Shown piece by piece: positions 1-11,407 of a stretch of 64,000 nucleotides of DNA; positions within the stretch are counted from its first letter, which is position 1; every line of letters begins with the position of its first letter. The notes beneath the pieces are model-generated. The model saw only the letters and a program-made list of their open reading frames with translations, did no database searches and was not told the DNA's origin. The position numbers and the translations under genes were made by a program. The stretch comes from Thermoplasmatota archaeon (lineage in GTDB: Archaea; Thermoplasmatota; Penumbrarchaeia; Penumbrarchaeales; Penumbrarchaeaceae): the NCBI GenBank assembly GCA_965234725.1, contig CBDDUX010000014.1:1-64000 (forward strand). Reading direction: 5' to 3'.

Positions 1-270
1 ATAGTACTTACGGTACCTGGGCTCAAAAAGTCATCATTACTCAGACAGACTCTAAACATCAATAATTAATACAAACATTCCGTATAATGCTTTCATTCTC
101 CTAAAATATTCTCTTTTTCTTCCTCTAAAACCTGGTCCAATTTCAATGTGGCATCCCTATAACCATTAACAAATAGATCATACTGTAAATCCTTGAAGAT
201 CTTGACCGCTTCCCATATCAAAGAAAAATAATCAACCTGACATTTGTCAGGTTGTTCTGCAAGAATTGCT

Positions 271-3200
271 TCAGGAACCAAACAATCCATCAAGTTCTGA
301 CGGTGATTCATCAGGTATGGAGGGATTGCTGATCCCCGAAGTGGATTCAGAACTCCCTGGGAGAGGAGTATGAAGTGGATCATCCTTTTTCCCACTTCTT
401 TTCCTGAAGAAAAGAATTATCGATATGACCAATAAAATGATGGTGAGGATCGGTGGGATCATCATCCAGACAGGTATTCCACTTTTAGCATCATCATTAT
501 TTTCATCAGACGAGGTGACCTCAATCTTGAATGAGAAAGTGTCTTTATTTCCACTTTGATCGAGGGCCTCGACAGTGACCAAATAGATCCCTGGTTCTTC
601 GATTATTCCAACAATTTTCCCATCAACTGGGGTAATGGGACTTCCTGTGATCTTCAATTCAGCGATCCCAATATTGTCGGATGCTTCGATCATCAGATTT
701 ATACTTGTCTTTGTTGAAACCTTGATATCTTGCTGTGGAATGATCTCTGGTAGGATCGTATCTTGGATCAAGACCTGGAATTGCTCGGTTACAAAGGTAT
801 TACCCAGTATGTCAACGATCACATACCTGTAATTGAACGGAGAGATATCATCCGATGGGACCTTGATATTGGCCGTATAGAATATCTCTTTCCTTTCAAG
901 GTCCATTGTATCAGTCAAAGTGTCAGAATAACCATATTCCAGTCGAACTTTTCTAATTCCAATGTTATCAATGGTTCTTACAATAATGTTCAAGTCTCCT
1001 CCAGTTTCAGCAAAGGGTCGAGTCAGATCTTCGATGAACACCGGTTTTTGGACATCTTCAAAATTAAAAGTATTGACCTCCGATTCGATCGAATTTCCAC
1101 TTGAATCAAAAACAGTGACGAAATATGAAATGATTCCTGTCATGTAGGATGGGAATTTGATAGACCCTTCCCACACGACTTCTCCTGCAAGGTTGGTATT
1201 AAGATGATCGCCATCATTGAACCAGTATTCCACAATTGCAGACCCGATCTCGATATTATCCTTCAGTTCGAAAGCTAGTTCCAGGACCTCAGGATCAAAG
1301 ATCGATATATTGGTCTTATCTTCTATGATCTCGGGATCATCGATATCGATAATCGGGATCTCCTTCACTGGCAACCATCCTATATTTCCATTCTCATCAA
1401 TTGAATAGAATGTATAGGAAATCCTTCCAAGGACATCGGGAACATCGATCGTCAACTGGTATGATCCACCCTGCCCTTTTACCAGGGATTCGTTCATCAA
1501 CAACCCGTCGTTGATAGAATAGTGGACCCAAGTATCATTGATCCTCTGATTGTCACTAATGAAAATATCGAATAAAATGGACTTCCCAGCATATGCTTCA
1601 ACAGGAGTTCTATCAGAGGACAGAACCGGTGAATCAACATCAATGACCGACACGGATCTTTGTTCTGAAATGTTCCAATGACTTGATCCATCCATGACAT
1701 GGAAAACATAATCGATCGGAACCAGGGAATACCTCTTTGTCAGGTATTTATACTCGAATACATCCGGGCTGATCTCGTCCATGGTCACGTTGAATGACTG
1801 TTGGGAATTGGACCAGTATTCAAGATGGACCGACCTGATCTCATCATTATCCCAGGCCTTGACCTTGAACTTCAGAACATCCCCTGCTTTCACGTTTTCA
1901 GGGGTCATATCGGAGGCGATCGTTGGTCTGATATCTCCTGTGATATTGATCGAGAACCTTTGAGATTCTATCCAGTTGTTGGAAGTATCGTTCAAATGGA
2001 AAACATAACCCAATTCAAAAACCTCGTCCGGGTGATCGACTGAATAAGAGTAGGTACCAGGGCCGACCTCTTCCATCGAGATGTTCATATGTCCAAAATG
2101 ATCTCCCCTCCAGTACTCGACAAAGATACTGTCAAGGAATGTATTGTCCAACGCCCTGACCGAGAATGTCGTTTTTCCAAGAGGTGTAAGATCGGATGTT
2201 GTGAGGTCCATATCGATCCAGGGTTTGATGGAATCGAAGAATCGAATAATGTTGGATGGATATGAAGTCCCGATGGTATTGACAGCTTTCACATAGAATT
2301 GATAATCCCCATCAGGGATCAGACCGCTGATGTTGTATGTGAGCGTCAAGGATGATACTGTCTGAACAATCTTAGGTACGTGTCCTTTTTGCACCATCCA
2401 CACCTGATATCCTGTAATAGGCCTGCCTCCGTCATCAGGAGGTGTTTTCCATGTCAGTTCAACCCAGTCGTACCCCATCTTGCTTGTCAGATCCATAGGT
2501 TTGCTCGGTGGTGAAAGCAGGCTTAATTCTGTAATGTAACCCTTGTTATTCGTACCGGATGGAGCTTTGGTATCATATGCTCCTTTTGTTACCGGAAAAT
2601 CAGGAGAATTCGTTCTTCCTACCAAAACCAGATTGTAATCCGAAATCTGCACTGATTCAGAGTTGAATTCCGATCCGGAACCTCCCAGGAATGTCGAATA
2701 CATCAGGTACGTACCATCACTATCCAATTTTGTAACAAAGGCGTTCACATTATTGGTCCCGTTGTAAGATTCATCATAAGCTCCGGGTGTTGTGGGAAAA
2801 TCGGTCGATTGAGTGTATCCCGAAATGAAGATATTATCATTCGAGTCAATTTCCAGTTTGGAGAATCTTTCATCACCTGACCCACCCAGATAAGTACAGA
2901 AATTCAATGTTGAAAGGGTGGGATCCATTTCCGAGATCACAATATCATTCGCACCATTTTGTGATTGATCAAAAGCTCCGGGAGTAACAGGGAATCCGGA
3001 TCCATATGCATCCATAATGAGGTTCCCCTCACTGTTAATAACCATATCGCTCAAGGCTTCATAACCAACTGAACCCCAAAGTGTTGCCCTTTTGATCGTT
3101 GAGATATTGAAATCGGTTCTGATTATCCAACAATCACCGGGTCCAGACATTGTATTATCATATGCTCCTGACGGGAAATAGAGATCATTCGATGATGATG

Positions 3201-4617
3201 ATCCATAAAGGAACAGGTCACCGGATGGGTCCTGTATCGCACCATTGAGGCTGTCAAATCCGTTTCCCCCCATAAATGATGCATAGACAAGATCGGTTCC
3301 ATTGGGTAACAATTTAACGACCCAACCATCATAAGTTGAACTTATTGAGCTTGAATATGCATCTGATGTTACTGGAAAATCTGTTGAATTTGTATAACCT
3401 AAGAAAATAATATTCCCATCTTTATCTATCTCGATATCCATTCCAAAATCATCCTCTGAACCCGAGATAAGCGTTGAGAATATTAGACCGGTTCCTGTTT
3501 TATTCATTCTTGTAACGAAGCCGTCCCTCCATCCTCCCTTTGTCTCATTCTGGTAACAACCAGGAGTTGTCTGAAAATCATAGGATTGAGTATACCCCGA
3601 AATAATGGCTTCCCCATCGACCACTCTGAGACCACCTTGTTCTTCCGCATCACTTCCTCCGAAAATAGAGGAGTAATCCAGTGTTCCAAGGGATTTGTTC
3701 ATCTTGGTGATAAACATATCTCCAAAGACTCCGGAGTAACCAGGTTTTATGGTTCCGGGTGTCGTTGGAAAATCAGTGGAAAATGTTTCTCCTGCAACGT
3801 AATAATCGCCATTTTCATCTGTTTCGATATTTTGTATGTTATCTGAAGAGGATCCACCCAAGAAAGTCGATCTGATAATGGGGTCGATGATGACGGGTCT
3901 TGATGGATCCCTACCCTTGAGTTCGAATCCGAAGATTCTTCCGTTGCCGCTGAATCTTGCAGGTATTACCGACAGATCATCTGCATAATAAGTCAGCAAT
4001 CCCGAATCGATGAAATTATTATCGTCTGGTAATGAGAAGATCAGTTCACCAGGTTTGATCTCCACTCCATCTTGTCCCTCACATTCGATCTGGATATCAC
4101 TCACTTTAGACCCTGGCATGACAGTGAAGGAATATTTTGCCCCATCTTCCGTGATGATATAATCAAGGTCGATACCATCCCAGAGGTTTCTGTACCGAAC
4201 TCCCTTATAGCTCATAGCTCCTGAAACCCATTTCGATGGATCATTCCCTTTGAAATAACTTGTGGGGTATGATAATCTATCCAATCCGATTGGCAAAACA
4301 TCGTTTGAATTGAGGAAGCTCATCTTCAAGATGGTTATCATTTCCTCTTTATCCTGGTCGGAATATGATCCAATCTGGTGGAACAAAGCATCCGGACCGA
4401 GGGCTATTCGGCCGTATGATGTCTCACCAACAAATGATATCTCCTCACTCCACTGACCAAGGTTTTCGATGAAATGACCTTCAGGGTCCATCTCTATCTG
4501 ATCCGGATTCTCTGTTGTCCAATATGTATCTTCAGAGTTACCGTCGGTAAGACCTGTTAATATTGTCGATAGCATGAGGAAAGCTATCAGTGGGGTGATC
4601 ACACTCCCGTATCTCAT
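271..4617 (-). CDS. Secreted, membrane-anchored SBBP (beta-propeller) repeat protein with FN3 and Ig-like repeats and a C-terminal TM helix
   Basis: 1448 aa. Signal peptide, FIENLGQW N-terminal domain, repeated STFLGGSxxD...YVAGxTxSxDFPTTPGAYD units, FN3 (LTWKTPPDDGGRPITGY), TM helix followed by RKR, disordered tail. GGAGGTGA RBS; ATGA overlap with the upstream gene. Confidence 0.85.
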   Translation of the reverse strand: MRYGSVITPLIAFLMLSTILTGLTDGNSEDTYWTTENPDQIEMDPEGHFIENLGQWSEEISFVGETSYGRIALGPDALFHQIGSYSDQDKEEMITILKMSFLNSNDVLPIGLDRLSYPTSYFKGNDPSKWVSGAMSYKGVRYRNLWDGIDLDYIITEDGAKYSFTVMPGSKVSDIQIECEGQDGVEIKPGELIFSLPDDNNFIDSGLLTYYADDLSVIPARFSGNGRIFGFELKGRDPSRPVIIDPIIRSTFLGGSSSDNIQNIETDENGDYYVAGETFSTDFPTTPGTIKPGYSGVFGDMFITKMNKSLGTLDYSSIFGGSDAEEQGGLRVVDGEAIISGYTQSYDFQTTPGCYQNETKGGWRDGFVTRMNKTGTGLIFSTLISGSEDDFGMDIEIDKDGNIIFLGYTNSTDFPVTSDAYSSSISSTYDGWVVKLLPNGTDLVYASFMGGNGFDSLNGAIQDPSGDLFLYGSSSSNDLYFPSGAYDNTMSGPGDCWIIRTDFNISTIKRATLWGSVGYEALSDMVINSEGNLIMDAYGSGFPVTPGAFDQSQNGANDIVISEMDPTLSTLNFCTYLGGSGDERFSKLEIDSNDNIFISGYTQSTDFPTTPGAYDESYNGTNNVNAFVTKLDSDGTYLMYSTFLGGSGSEFNSESVQISDYNLVLVGRTNSPDFPVTKGAYDTKAPSGTNNKGYITELSLLSPPSKPMDLTSKMGYDWVELTWKTPPDDGGRPITGYQVWMVQKGHVPKIVQTVSSLTLTYNISGLIPDGDYQFYVKAVNTIGTSYPSNIIRFFDSIKPWIDMDLTTSDLTPLGKTTFSVRALDNTFLDSIFVEYWRGDHFGHMNISMEEVGPGTYSYSVDHPDEVFELGYVFHLNDTSNNWIESQRFSINITGDIRPTIASDMTPENVKAGDVLKFKVKAWDNDEIRSVHLEYWSNSQQSFNVTMDEISPDVFEYKYLTKRYSLVPIDYVFHVMDGSSHWNISEQRSVSVIDVDSPVLSSDRTPVEAYAGKSILFDIFISDNQRINDTWVHYSINDGLLMNESLVKGQGGSYQLTIDVPDVLGRISYTFYSIDENGNIGWLPVKEIPIIDIDDPEIIEDKTNISIFDPEVLELAFELKDNIEIGSAIVEYWFNDGDHLNTNLAGEVVWEGSIKFPSYMTGIISYFVTVFDSSGNSIESEVNTFNFEDVQKPVFIEDLTRPFAETGGDLNIIVRTIDNIGIRKVRLEYGYSDTLTDTMDLERKEIFYTANIKVPSDDISPFNYRYVIVDILGNTFVTEQFQVLIQDTILPEIIPQQDIKVSTKTSINLMIEASDNIGIAELKITGSPITPVDGKIVGIIEEPGIYLVTVEALDQSGNKDTFSFKIEVTSSDENNDDAKSGIPVWMMIPPILTIILLVISIILFFRKRSGKKDDPLHTPLPGSSESTSGISNPSIPDESPSELDGLFGS

Positions 4618-7600
4618 GATATCACCTCCTCATTTAGAGTATTGAGGAATTGATCGATCTCCTCATCTGTTCTTGGTATAGCACTGTCAGATTGGATCAG
4701 GACCTGACCGGTCTCGGATCCATCCTCGATCGGTCCATCTAACTGAACAGGTGGTTCCTGCTGCTGTTCATCGACCATTTCGTAAGGTTCAGGCTCGATA
4801 GGTGAAGTTCCTAACTGGCCGATTTGAACATCATTTTCTATCAAGTTGACTTCTGTAACTGTCAAATCCTCGATCTCGGATTCGATAGAAGACCTTCCCT
4901 CTTCTTTTTGAGTCTCACTCTTTGATACTTTTTTCTTCAGAGCGAGGAAGATCAGGATGATAGCGATTATCAAGGGGATCAGTGTGAAAACGATCATTAG
5001 GATAATTGAACCTGATGAAGAATCCTCGTCCTTGTTAATAAGGGATATTTCAGACGACTGGACATGTTCGGAGGCCCCAATATCATTCGAAGTGTATATC
5101 CTATAGTTGTATTCGACACCTGACCTGACATTTTTATCGATGAATAATGAAACATCACTCTCGAGATCAACGATCTGGAAGAAATCTCCTCCATCTACCG
5201 ATCTCTCGATAATGATCTTCATTTCACCAGTTCCTTCATCATCGACCTGATCCCAGGTCAATTCGATCCTGTCTTTATATCTAACGACTTCAAATGATTC
5301 TATTTTATAAGGGATCCTGAAAGCATACGATTTGATCTGATCACTCGAAGGTCCGGTTCCGATCTGGTTTTTCGCACTGATGGAATATTGATATTCCTTT
5401 CCAGGGACCACGGATAAATCCTCATATGGAACTGTCCCTGGATCTACCTCGATTTCTGTTAGGTCTCCACTTTCGATCTCGATCCTCTCAATTATGAAGG
5501 CGATCAGGGGAGAACCTCCATCGGAGATCGGACCTACCCATGAGAGAATGAGGATCCCATCACCTTGCTGGATTATTGGATCCAGCGGTTCCGATGGGAT
5601 ACCATATGTCATAACACGGATCTCTTTCGAAAGATCCGATTCACCATGGATATTGTATGCAGATACTATATATGCGTATTCTAATCTTGGTAGTATCTTA
5701 GTATCGTTGAACTCGAAGGTGGACGCATCAACTTCAGCTATCATCAGAGGATCCCCCGATTGATATCTGTATATTCTGTATCCGATTATTGGGCTTCCAC
5801 CGGTATTGTTTACCTCATTCCAACGGACAAGCACATGCTGGTCAGAGTTGGAGATCAATTTAAGTTCTGGAGTTGAGGGAATCGTTAACGGAATTACCTC
5901 TATCTGATCTGTCCAATCTGATTTCCCCACATCAGAGACCGCTCTGAGGGAATAGGAGTGGACAAGTCCATTCTCCAGGCCCCCATCAACATAGGTGAAA
6001 ACATCATCAGAAATTTCGATCCTGACCTCCAGATCCGATATCTTTCTCAGGATCTCGTAACCTGTTATAGGAGATCCTCCATCATTGATGGGTCGTTCCC
6101 ATTCGATAATTGCTTCACCATTTCCTGCGTGAACCTTGAAGAAAAGTGGTATGGAAGGCCTGCACATTGGTACTGCTAATATCGTCTCCGATGGAATGGA
6201 TTCACCTATCTGATTGACAGCAGTAATGTAGTATGAATATCCGATACCATTTATGACCTGTGTGTCATTGTAAGAAAGGGAATTGGGACCGAGGACCTTC
6301 AGAAGTCTAGCCTGGTCTTCCTCCATTATTCTGTAAAGATTGAAATTATTGATTATGGACCCCCTGCTATTTTCAGGTTTTTCCCAGGTGAGTTGATTGA
6401 ATTCATCACCTGAGACAGCGGTCAGATTCCTTGGCGATGTGGGAACATCCTTGGCAATACCAGTCTTATGGACCGATTGCTCTGATCTACCAACAATATT
6501 GATTGCTCTTATACAATAGTTATATTCAATCCCTGCAATCACATCCTGATCTACCAGTTCAAATTCTCCGGGACCGAAATGGATCGATACCATCTCTGTG
6601 TCATTCCATTCCTTTTCAATAACAAACCCGGTTATGAATGTTCCACCATCCTCCAGAGGAGGGGACCATTCTATAGTGATCATCTTGATCCCGGATATTA
6701 CATCAAAACCAAGGGGAGCGGAAGGGACATCAAGGGGAATAACAGAAATGACCCCCGTTGGGAGTGAATTCACTGCAAGATTGGAGGCTCTCAACCAATA
6801 TTTGTATTCATTTCCATTCACTACATCGGTATCATTGTAGATATTCACTAGACCAAGATCGATGGTCTCTATGATGCCGGTTGCATTTACAAGTTTGAAA
6901 AGTTGGAATCCTGCAAGGTCCTGGGATCCATGGTCATCCGGATCAGTCCATGTCATTTCAACGAATCCTCCCCCGGTCCTTGCTTTGAAATTCCTCGGTA
7001 TCGTTGGTGGGGTGTCAAGAGATAGTCCCATTATGTAAGCATCTTCAAACCCATTATGGGTCCTGTCGTAAGCTCCGAGAGATGTCGGGATCGAAGCATT
7101 ATCCGTCCATCCAGTAAAGCATATGTGACCGTTGGGATCAGAATATACGGATAAGGTCGCATCAAACCAACCATCTCCTCCAATATATGTTGAATAAAGG
7201 AGGTCCTTTAGATCGTAGGAGATCGATACAACAAATCCGTCATTTGATCCTCCCTTGTATACTGATTGAATAGCGTCACTTGTGACAGGAAAATCCATGG
7301 ATGACAGATCACCTACTATCGTCACCCTGTTAAACGGATCGAGAACCATATCGATGGGTCCATCTCTACTTGACCCGCCGATGAATGTTGATTTCATTAT
7401 AGTGAAATCTGTTCCATTCAATTGAGTAACAAAGATATCACCGCCACCCTTGTTCGTTGTCTGGTAGACTCCAGAAGTAGCCGGGAATCCATCAGAATAA
7501 GTGATCCCTGTCAGCCAGATATTCCCATCCGAGTCCAGTTCCAATCCATATCCACCCTCTCCATCTGATCCGCCTAAAAAAGAACTGTAGAGGATCTGAT

Positions 7601-9101
7601 TGCAATTGGAATTGATCTTCATAAAAAAGCACTCACTTGATCCCTCGTAGGTACTATCAAGGGGATCAGATGATAATGGAAATTCGTCGGACCTTGTCAT
7701 TCCCGTAATATATGCATTTCCAGCTTCGTCAACATCCAACCCGTTTATCCTGTCATCTTCCGCTGTTGAGATATAAGTGGAGTACGATAGTTGACTCATC
7801 ATGGGGTTGATCTTGAACAGGAATGCGCTGATATCTCCGCCACTATAATCATCGTCTATGTTGTTATTTGTTATGGGGAGGTCCTCGGATGATGTCCATC
7901 CACCAATATAGCAATATCCAGTTCCATCAACCACAAGGTTGACCACCGCATCCGTCCCGGCACCTCCATAATAAGTAGCTGTCAGGAGATCGGTCCCCGT
8001 TGGATTCAATTTGATCAAAAATACATCCCATCCCCCATCTATTGTATCATCATACGCTGATCCGTGGGTGGGAATATCTGTAGAGGTCGTTCTTCCGGCA
8101 ACAATAATATTCCCGTTTCCATCCCTTTCTATTTCGAAACCTGTATCATCACCTTCACCACCAATAAGTGTACAAAAATCAAGATCTGTCCCATCTGGGT
8201 TGAATTTCGCAACAAATGCGTCAAGGCCCCCCATTCTATCGGTCTGATAACTTCCTGCAGTCAATGGAAAGTCCCAGGGAGAAGTTTGACCTGTAACATA
8301 CGAATTACCCTGATCATCCATTACTATACCTTCGGAATGGTCGGAAGTCGATCCTCCCAGATAGGTTGAAAAAACGACTGGGTCAATAACTACGGATCTT
8401 GTTCTGTCATAGTCACCTAGATCATATCCATATGTCAGTTGATCTATCTGTTTGAACGAGGCTTCGATCCTCTCACCATTATCTTGGTAATATACGAAAA
8501 GGTCCTTCTCTTCGTAGATCACATCATTGGGAAGGATTATCTCCACTTTTTCAGAATGAACATCAATATCCTTTACACCTTCAAAGGAAATCTTGATCTC
8601 CTCAACAGGAGAGAGGGGTTTCAAGATCAGATCATATTTCAATGTTGCTCCTATGGAAGAAACCTTCATATCGATACCCGCGTATAAATTCTCATATTTA
8701 ATAGATCTGAAAGAGGAAATTCCCGAGACCCATTTGGACTGATCCCTTCCTATCAGATAGTTGAAATTTGTTGACGTGATATCCGATCCTTCGGGGAAGG
8801 ATCCTCTGGCACCTACAAAATTCATTTCAAAAGCGTTAATCTTATTATTCGATTGCTCAACAAACATTATGGAATCATCTTTGAATGCCACTCTACTTGA
8901 TCCCCTTGTATAGAAATGAAATGGATCATCAATTTGTCCCTGGTTTTCAATGAATTCCAGTTCAGGATCGGAATTTACAGCCTGATCTGGAATGTCTATA
9001 TCATCAACAATATTTTCTGAATATACCATAGCAGGTGTATACATCAATATACCAACTGCTAACAAACCGGCCAATGATAGAGGTTTCATATTATCACTCA
9101 C
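4614..9101 (-). CDS. Secreted, membrane-anchored SBBP repeat protein with about 7 FN3 domains and a C-terminal TM helix
   Basis: 1495 aa. FIENQGQ N-terminal domain, STYLGGS repeats, multiple WxxPxxDGGSPIxGY FN3 motifs, TM helix followed by KKK, acidic tail. Paralogous to the neighbouring gene. Confidence 0.85.
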   Translation of the reverse strand: MSDNMKPLSLAGLLAVGILMYTPAMVYSENIVDDIDIPDQAVNSDPELEFIENQGQIDDPFHFYTRGSSRVAFKDDSIMFVEQSNNKINAFEMNFVGARGSFPEGSDITSTNFNYLIGRDQSKWVSGISSFRSIKYENLYAGIDMKVSSIGATLKYDLILKPLSPVEEIKISFEGVKDIDVHSEKVEIILPNDVIYEEKDLFVYYQDNGERIEASFKQIDQLTYGYDLGDYDRTRSVVIDPVVFSTYLGGSTSDHSEGIVMDDQGNSYVTGQTSPWDFPLTAGSYQTDRMGGLDAFVAKFNPDGTDLDFCTLIGGEGDDTGFEIERDGNGNIIVAGRTTSTDIPTHGSAYDDTIDGGWDVFLIKLNPTGTDLLTATYYGGAGTDAVVNLVVDGTGYCYIGGWTSSEDLPITNNNIDDDYSGGDISAFLFKINPMMSQLSYSTYISTAEDDRINGLDVDEAGNAYITGMTRSDEFPLSSDPLDSTYEGSSECFFMKINSNCNQILYSSFLGGSDGEGGYGLELDSDGNIWLTGITYSDGFPATSGVYQTTNKGGGDIFVTQLNGTDFTIMKSTFIGGSSRDGPIDMVLDPFNRVTIVGDLSSMDFPVTSDAIQSVYKGGSNDGFVVSISYDLKDLLYSTYIGGDGWFDATLSVYSDPNGHICFTGWTDNASIPTSLGAYDRTHNGFEDAYIMGLSLDTPPTIPRNFKARTGGGFVEMTWTDPDDHGSQDLAGFQLFKLVNATGIIETIDLGLVNIYNDTDVVNGNEYKYWLRASNLAVNSLPTGVISVIPLDVPSAPLGFDVISGIKMITIEWSPPLEDGGTFITGFVIEKEWNDTEMVSIHFGPGEFELVDQDVIAGIEYNYCIRAINIVGRSEQSVHKTGIAKDVPTSPRNLTAVSGDEFNQLTWEKPENSRGSIINNFNLYRIMEEDQARLLKVLGPNSLSYNDTQVINGIGYSYYITAVNQIGESIPSETILAVPMCRPSIPLFFKVHAGNGEAIIEWERPINDGGSPITGYEILRKISDLEVRIEISDDVFTYVDGGLENGLVHSYSLRAVSDVGKSDWTDQIEVIPLTIPSTPELKLISNSDQHVLVRWNEVNNTGGSPIIGYRIYRYQSGDPLMIAEVDASTFEFNDTKILPRLEYAYIVSAYNIHGESDLSKEIRVMTYGIPSEPLDPIIQQGDGILILSWVGPISDGGSPLIAFIIERIEIESGDLTEIEVDPGTVPYEDLSVVPGKEYQYSISAKNQIGTGPSSDQIKSYAFRIPYKIESFEVVRYKDRIELTWDQVDDEGTGEMKIIIERSVDGGDFFQIVDLESDVSLFIDKNVRSGVEYNYRIYTSNDIGASEHVQSSEISLINKDEDSSSGSIILMIVFTLIPLIIAIILIFLALKKKVSKSETQKEEGRSSIESEIEDLTVTEVNLIENDVQIGQLGTSPIEPEPYEMVDEQQQEPPVQLDGPIEDGSETGQVLIQSDSAIPRTDEEIDQFLNTLNEEVIS

Positions 9102-9400
9102 AAGGGGTTCGATGAAGTTTTCCTTTACTCAATGGAGTGAACATCCATGGGATATTTTATAAAAAGGATATGTGGGAGACTTTTCCATATATATATATAC
9201 CTTCTGAAATGCATTTCTATGGGATGAACCATATGGATGAAATAATCAAAGTGAGATGTCATCTATCGCCAATCAAGATAATTGTTGATTTGCCTTGGAT
9301 CAGGTATCTCTTCCAGAGACCTAATGTTGTCATAATATGTGGATATCAATTATTGAAATTTTCCTTTCAAGGAGAATTATATGGGGAGAACTACTGAATA

Positions 9401-9691
9401 TCATCCTTCCAGGGGACAATCCTCTTGATGGTCTTCCCATTCTTCCTCTGAAAGATATTCATCATGATATGAACAGTAACCCTCTTCACTATCTGAATAG
9501 GATTCATCATGACAATGTGAAAAACCGTTTTCATTTTCTCCAAAATGGGATGATCCTCCTCCACAACCTCCCCTACCACTCCAATCATCGATAATATCAT
9601 CGACAACCTGTGCTCCACCCACGATCAATGCACCGAATCCGAAGAATCCAGATATTACTATGCCTATCAAGAGCACTTTTATTATTGCCAT
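9401..9691 (-). CDS. Small exported acidic His/Cys-rich protein
   Basis: 96 aa. Hydrophobic N-terminus, Gly linker, then an acidic region with HCH, CSYH and HQEDC. Confidence 0.6.
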   Translation of the reverse strand: MAIIKVLLIGIVISGFFGFGALIVGGAQVVDDIIDDWSGRGGCGGGSSHFGENENGFSHCHDESYSDSEEGYCSYHDEYLSEEEWEDHQEDCPLEG

Positions 9692-9808
9692 ATTATCAAA
9701 TGATATGATCGATAAGGCACCATAAAGGATATGGTATTATCTTGACAGATATTTTGATAATCTTCAATCATATTTTTGCAATAAAAGCGAGGAGTGGAAG
9801 TTTTCCAT

Positions 9809-10156
9809 TTACTTGTTTATTTCACAGATCAGGTCATATTTGTGTTTTGCACCGATCGAATCCATGATACTATGGGGTATTGGAATATGCCAATAATCAT
9901 TGAAATGGCCTGGATTCCTAATTGGAAAAACATCCTTAAGCTCATATTCCATTTCATTGTTCTTGTTAATGACCTTGCCGGAGATCATTTTCTGTGATTT
10001 CATCTTCGGGAAGATTATCGCGATCTCACCTGTTCTATCTGTGAAAAGCATATGCTTGATATCTTTAATATCGGTCACCCCCAAAATCAAATAGAATATC
10101 AAACATAAGGTTTTTTCTAAGAAATTTGTTTTTAAAATGATATTCTGAGGTAACAT
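9809..10156 (-). CDS. Hypothetical protein (start uncertain, AT-rich)
   Basis: Open frame only; no recognised motif. Confidence 0.25.
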   Translation of the reverse strand: MLPQNIILKTNFLEKTLCLIFYLILGVTDIKDIKHMLFTDRTGEIAIIFPKMKSQKMISGKVINKNNEMEYELKDVFPIRNPGHFNDYWHIPIPHSIMDSIGAKHKYDLICEINK

Positions 10157-10185
10157 ATTATTTATAAAAATTCAAACCCCTGATC

Positions 10186-11331
10186 TCAGATCTTCGGATA
10201 GCTGAAGAATATGGACTCCAAGCCGAAGGTTTCCTTCAGTATATCGCATATCTCCTGAACATGTTCCTTCTTGAGGATGGGGACTGCAAGGTAGTAGAAG
10301 GGTGGTAGGGTCCAAACCTCGAGCAGTGAATTGTTCACAGCCATTGGGTAGTTGGAGATCTTCTTCATTTTGGATACCTCATCCATGTCTGAGATATCAC
10401 CCCTCATCACCTGTCCGTAATCAATGAATCCCTGGTCATCCAGCTGGATTATATAATCGATCAGGTCCTCACCGAAATTCTCCAAGTTCTCTTCCCACTT
10501 CCTGAAGAAAAGGACACCCAGTCCTGAGTTCTTATCTCCATCATCCACGAAGTAGGCCATCTTCTCATTATCAATGGCCTTTGACTCTTTAATATCCGGA
10601 TAGAGTCCAAGCAGTTTTGGATCGAACCTCTTTTCCACCTTCACTTCCCTTTGTTCCGATGTCATGATCCCTTGTCTGAGCTTCTCATCATGAAGGGCCC
10701 TCGTAGTAGGATCGAGAAGGATCTCCTTGGAGTAATTGATCTCCCTTATCCTGTCCATTATAGTCCCCTCAATTACCTCCCCTTTATCCGGGTGATATTT
10801 CGATGCCAATTTTCTGTAAGCTTTCTTGATTTCATCCTGTGAAGCTGAATCCGAGACACCGAGGATATCATAGCAGTTCATCTTCTTACGATCAAGTTCC
10901 TTGAAGATGTTCTTCAGGTCTCTCTTGATATCGAAGTCTATCCAGGAAATATCGATCTCCTCTTCCACTTTCGCTTCTGGGATCTCCTTGATCTTCACAT
11001 CATGGTCCATGAAATGGTTCGTGTCCTGTGTGGCTGGATCATAGACCTCCCTCTGGTCCAGCTCCTTTTGTGTCATTGGCTGGTAGATACTGTTCATCCC
11101 TTCGAATTCATCTCGCGTTTCTTCTTTCTTCTCTTCGGGTTGTTCTGAAACCATGAAATCGGTAATAAGTGTCTCTTTCTCGATTGGACCTGTTTCTAAT
11201 ATCTCCTCAGTTCCATCCTCACTCTTTGTCTTTTGCTCCTTCTTTCCCCAGAACTTCCAGAATAACAGGTCTGAAATAAGGATGAGGCAGGTCCAGACTG
11301 TGGTCAGAAGAAGTAAGGATTGGACGATCAT
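10186..11331 (-). CDS. Membrane-anchored J-domain (DnaJ-like) protein
   Basis: N-terminal TM helix, acidic linker, J domain (YDILGVSDSASQDEIKKAYRKLASKYHPDK with HPD), unknown C-terminal domain. Confidence 0.85.
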   Translation of the reverse strand: MIVQSLLLLTTVWTCLILISDLLFWKFWGKKEQKTKSEDGTEEILETGPIEKETLITDFMVSEQPEEKKEETRDEFEGMNSIYQPMTQKELDQREVYDPATQDTNHFMDHDVKIKEIPEAKVEEEIDISWIDFDIKRDLKNIFKELDRKKMNCYDILGVSDSASQDEIKKAYRKLASKYHPDKGEVIEGTIMDRIREINYSKEILLDPTTRALHDEKLRQGIMTSEQREVKVEKRFDPKLLGLYPDIKESKAIDNEKMAYFVDDGDKNSGLGVLFFRKWEENLENFGEDLIDYIIQLDDQGFIDYGQVMRGDISDMDEVSKMKKISNYPMAVNNSLLEVWTLPPFYYLAVPILKKEHVQEICDILKETFGLESIFFSYPKI

Positions 11332-11407
11332 GATTTCACCCCGGAGCTACAACTGATCAGACCTCTATAAAGAACCAGTTGCAGTATTCCATGGGTGGAA
11401 TTGAGAT

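Noticed and set aside
93-395. 100-aa ORF at the window start
   Set aside because: It overlaps the end of the SBBP gene in another frame and has no recognisable motif.
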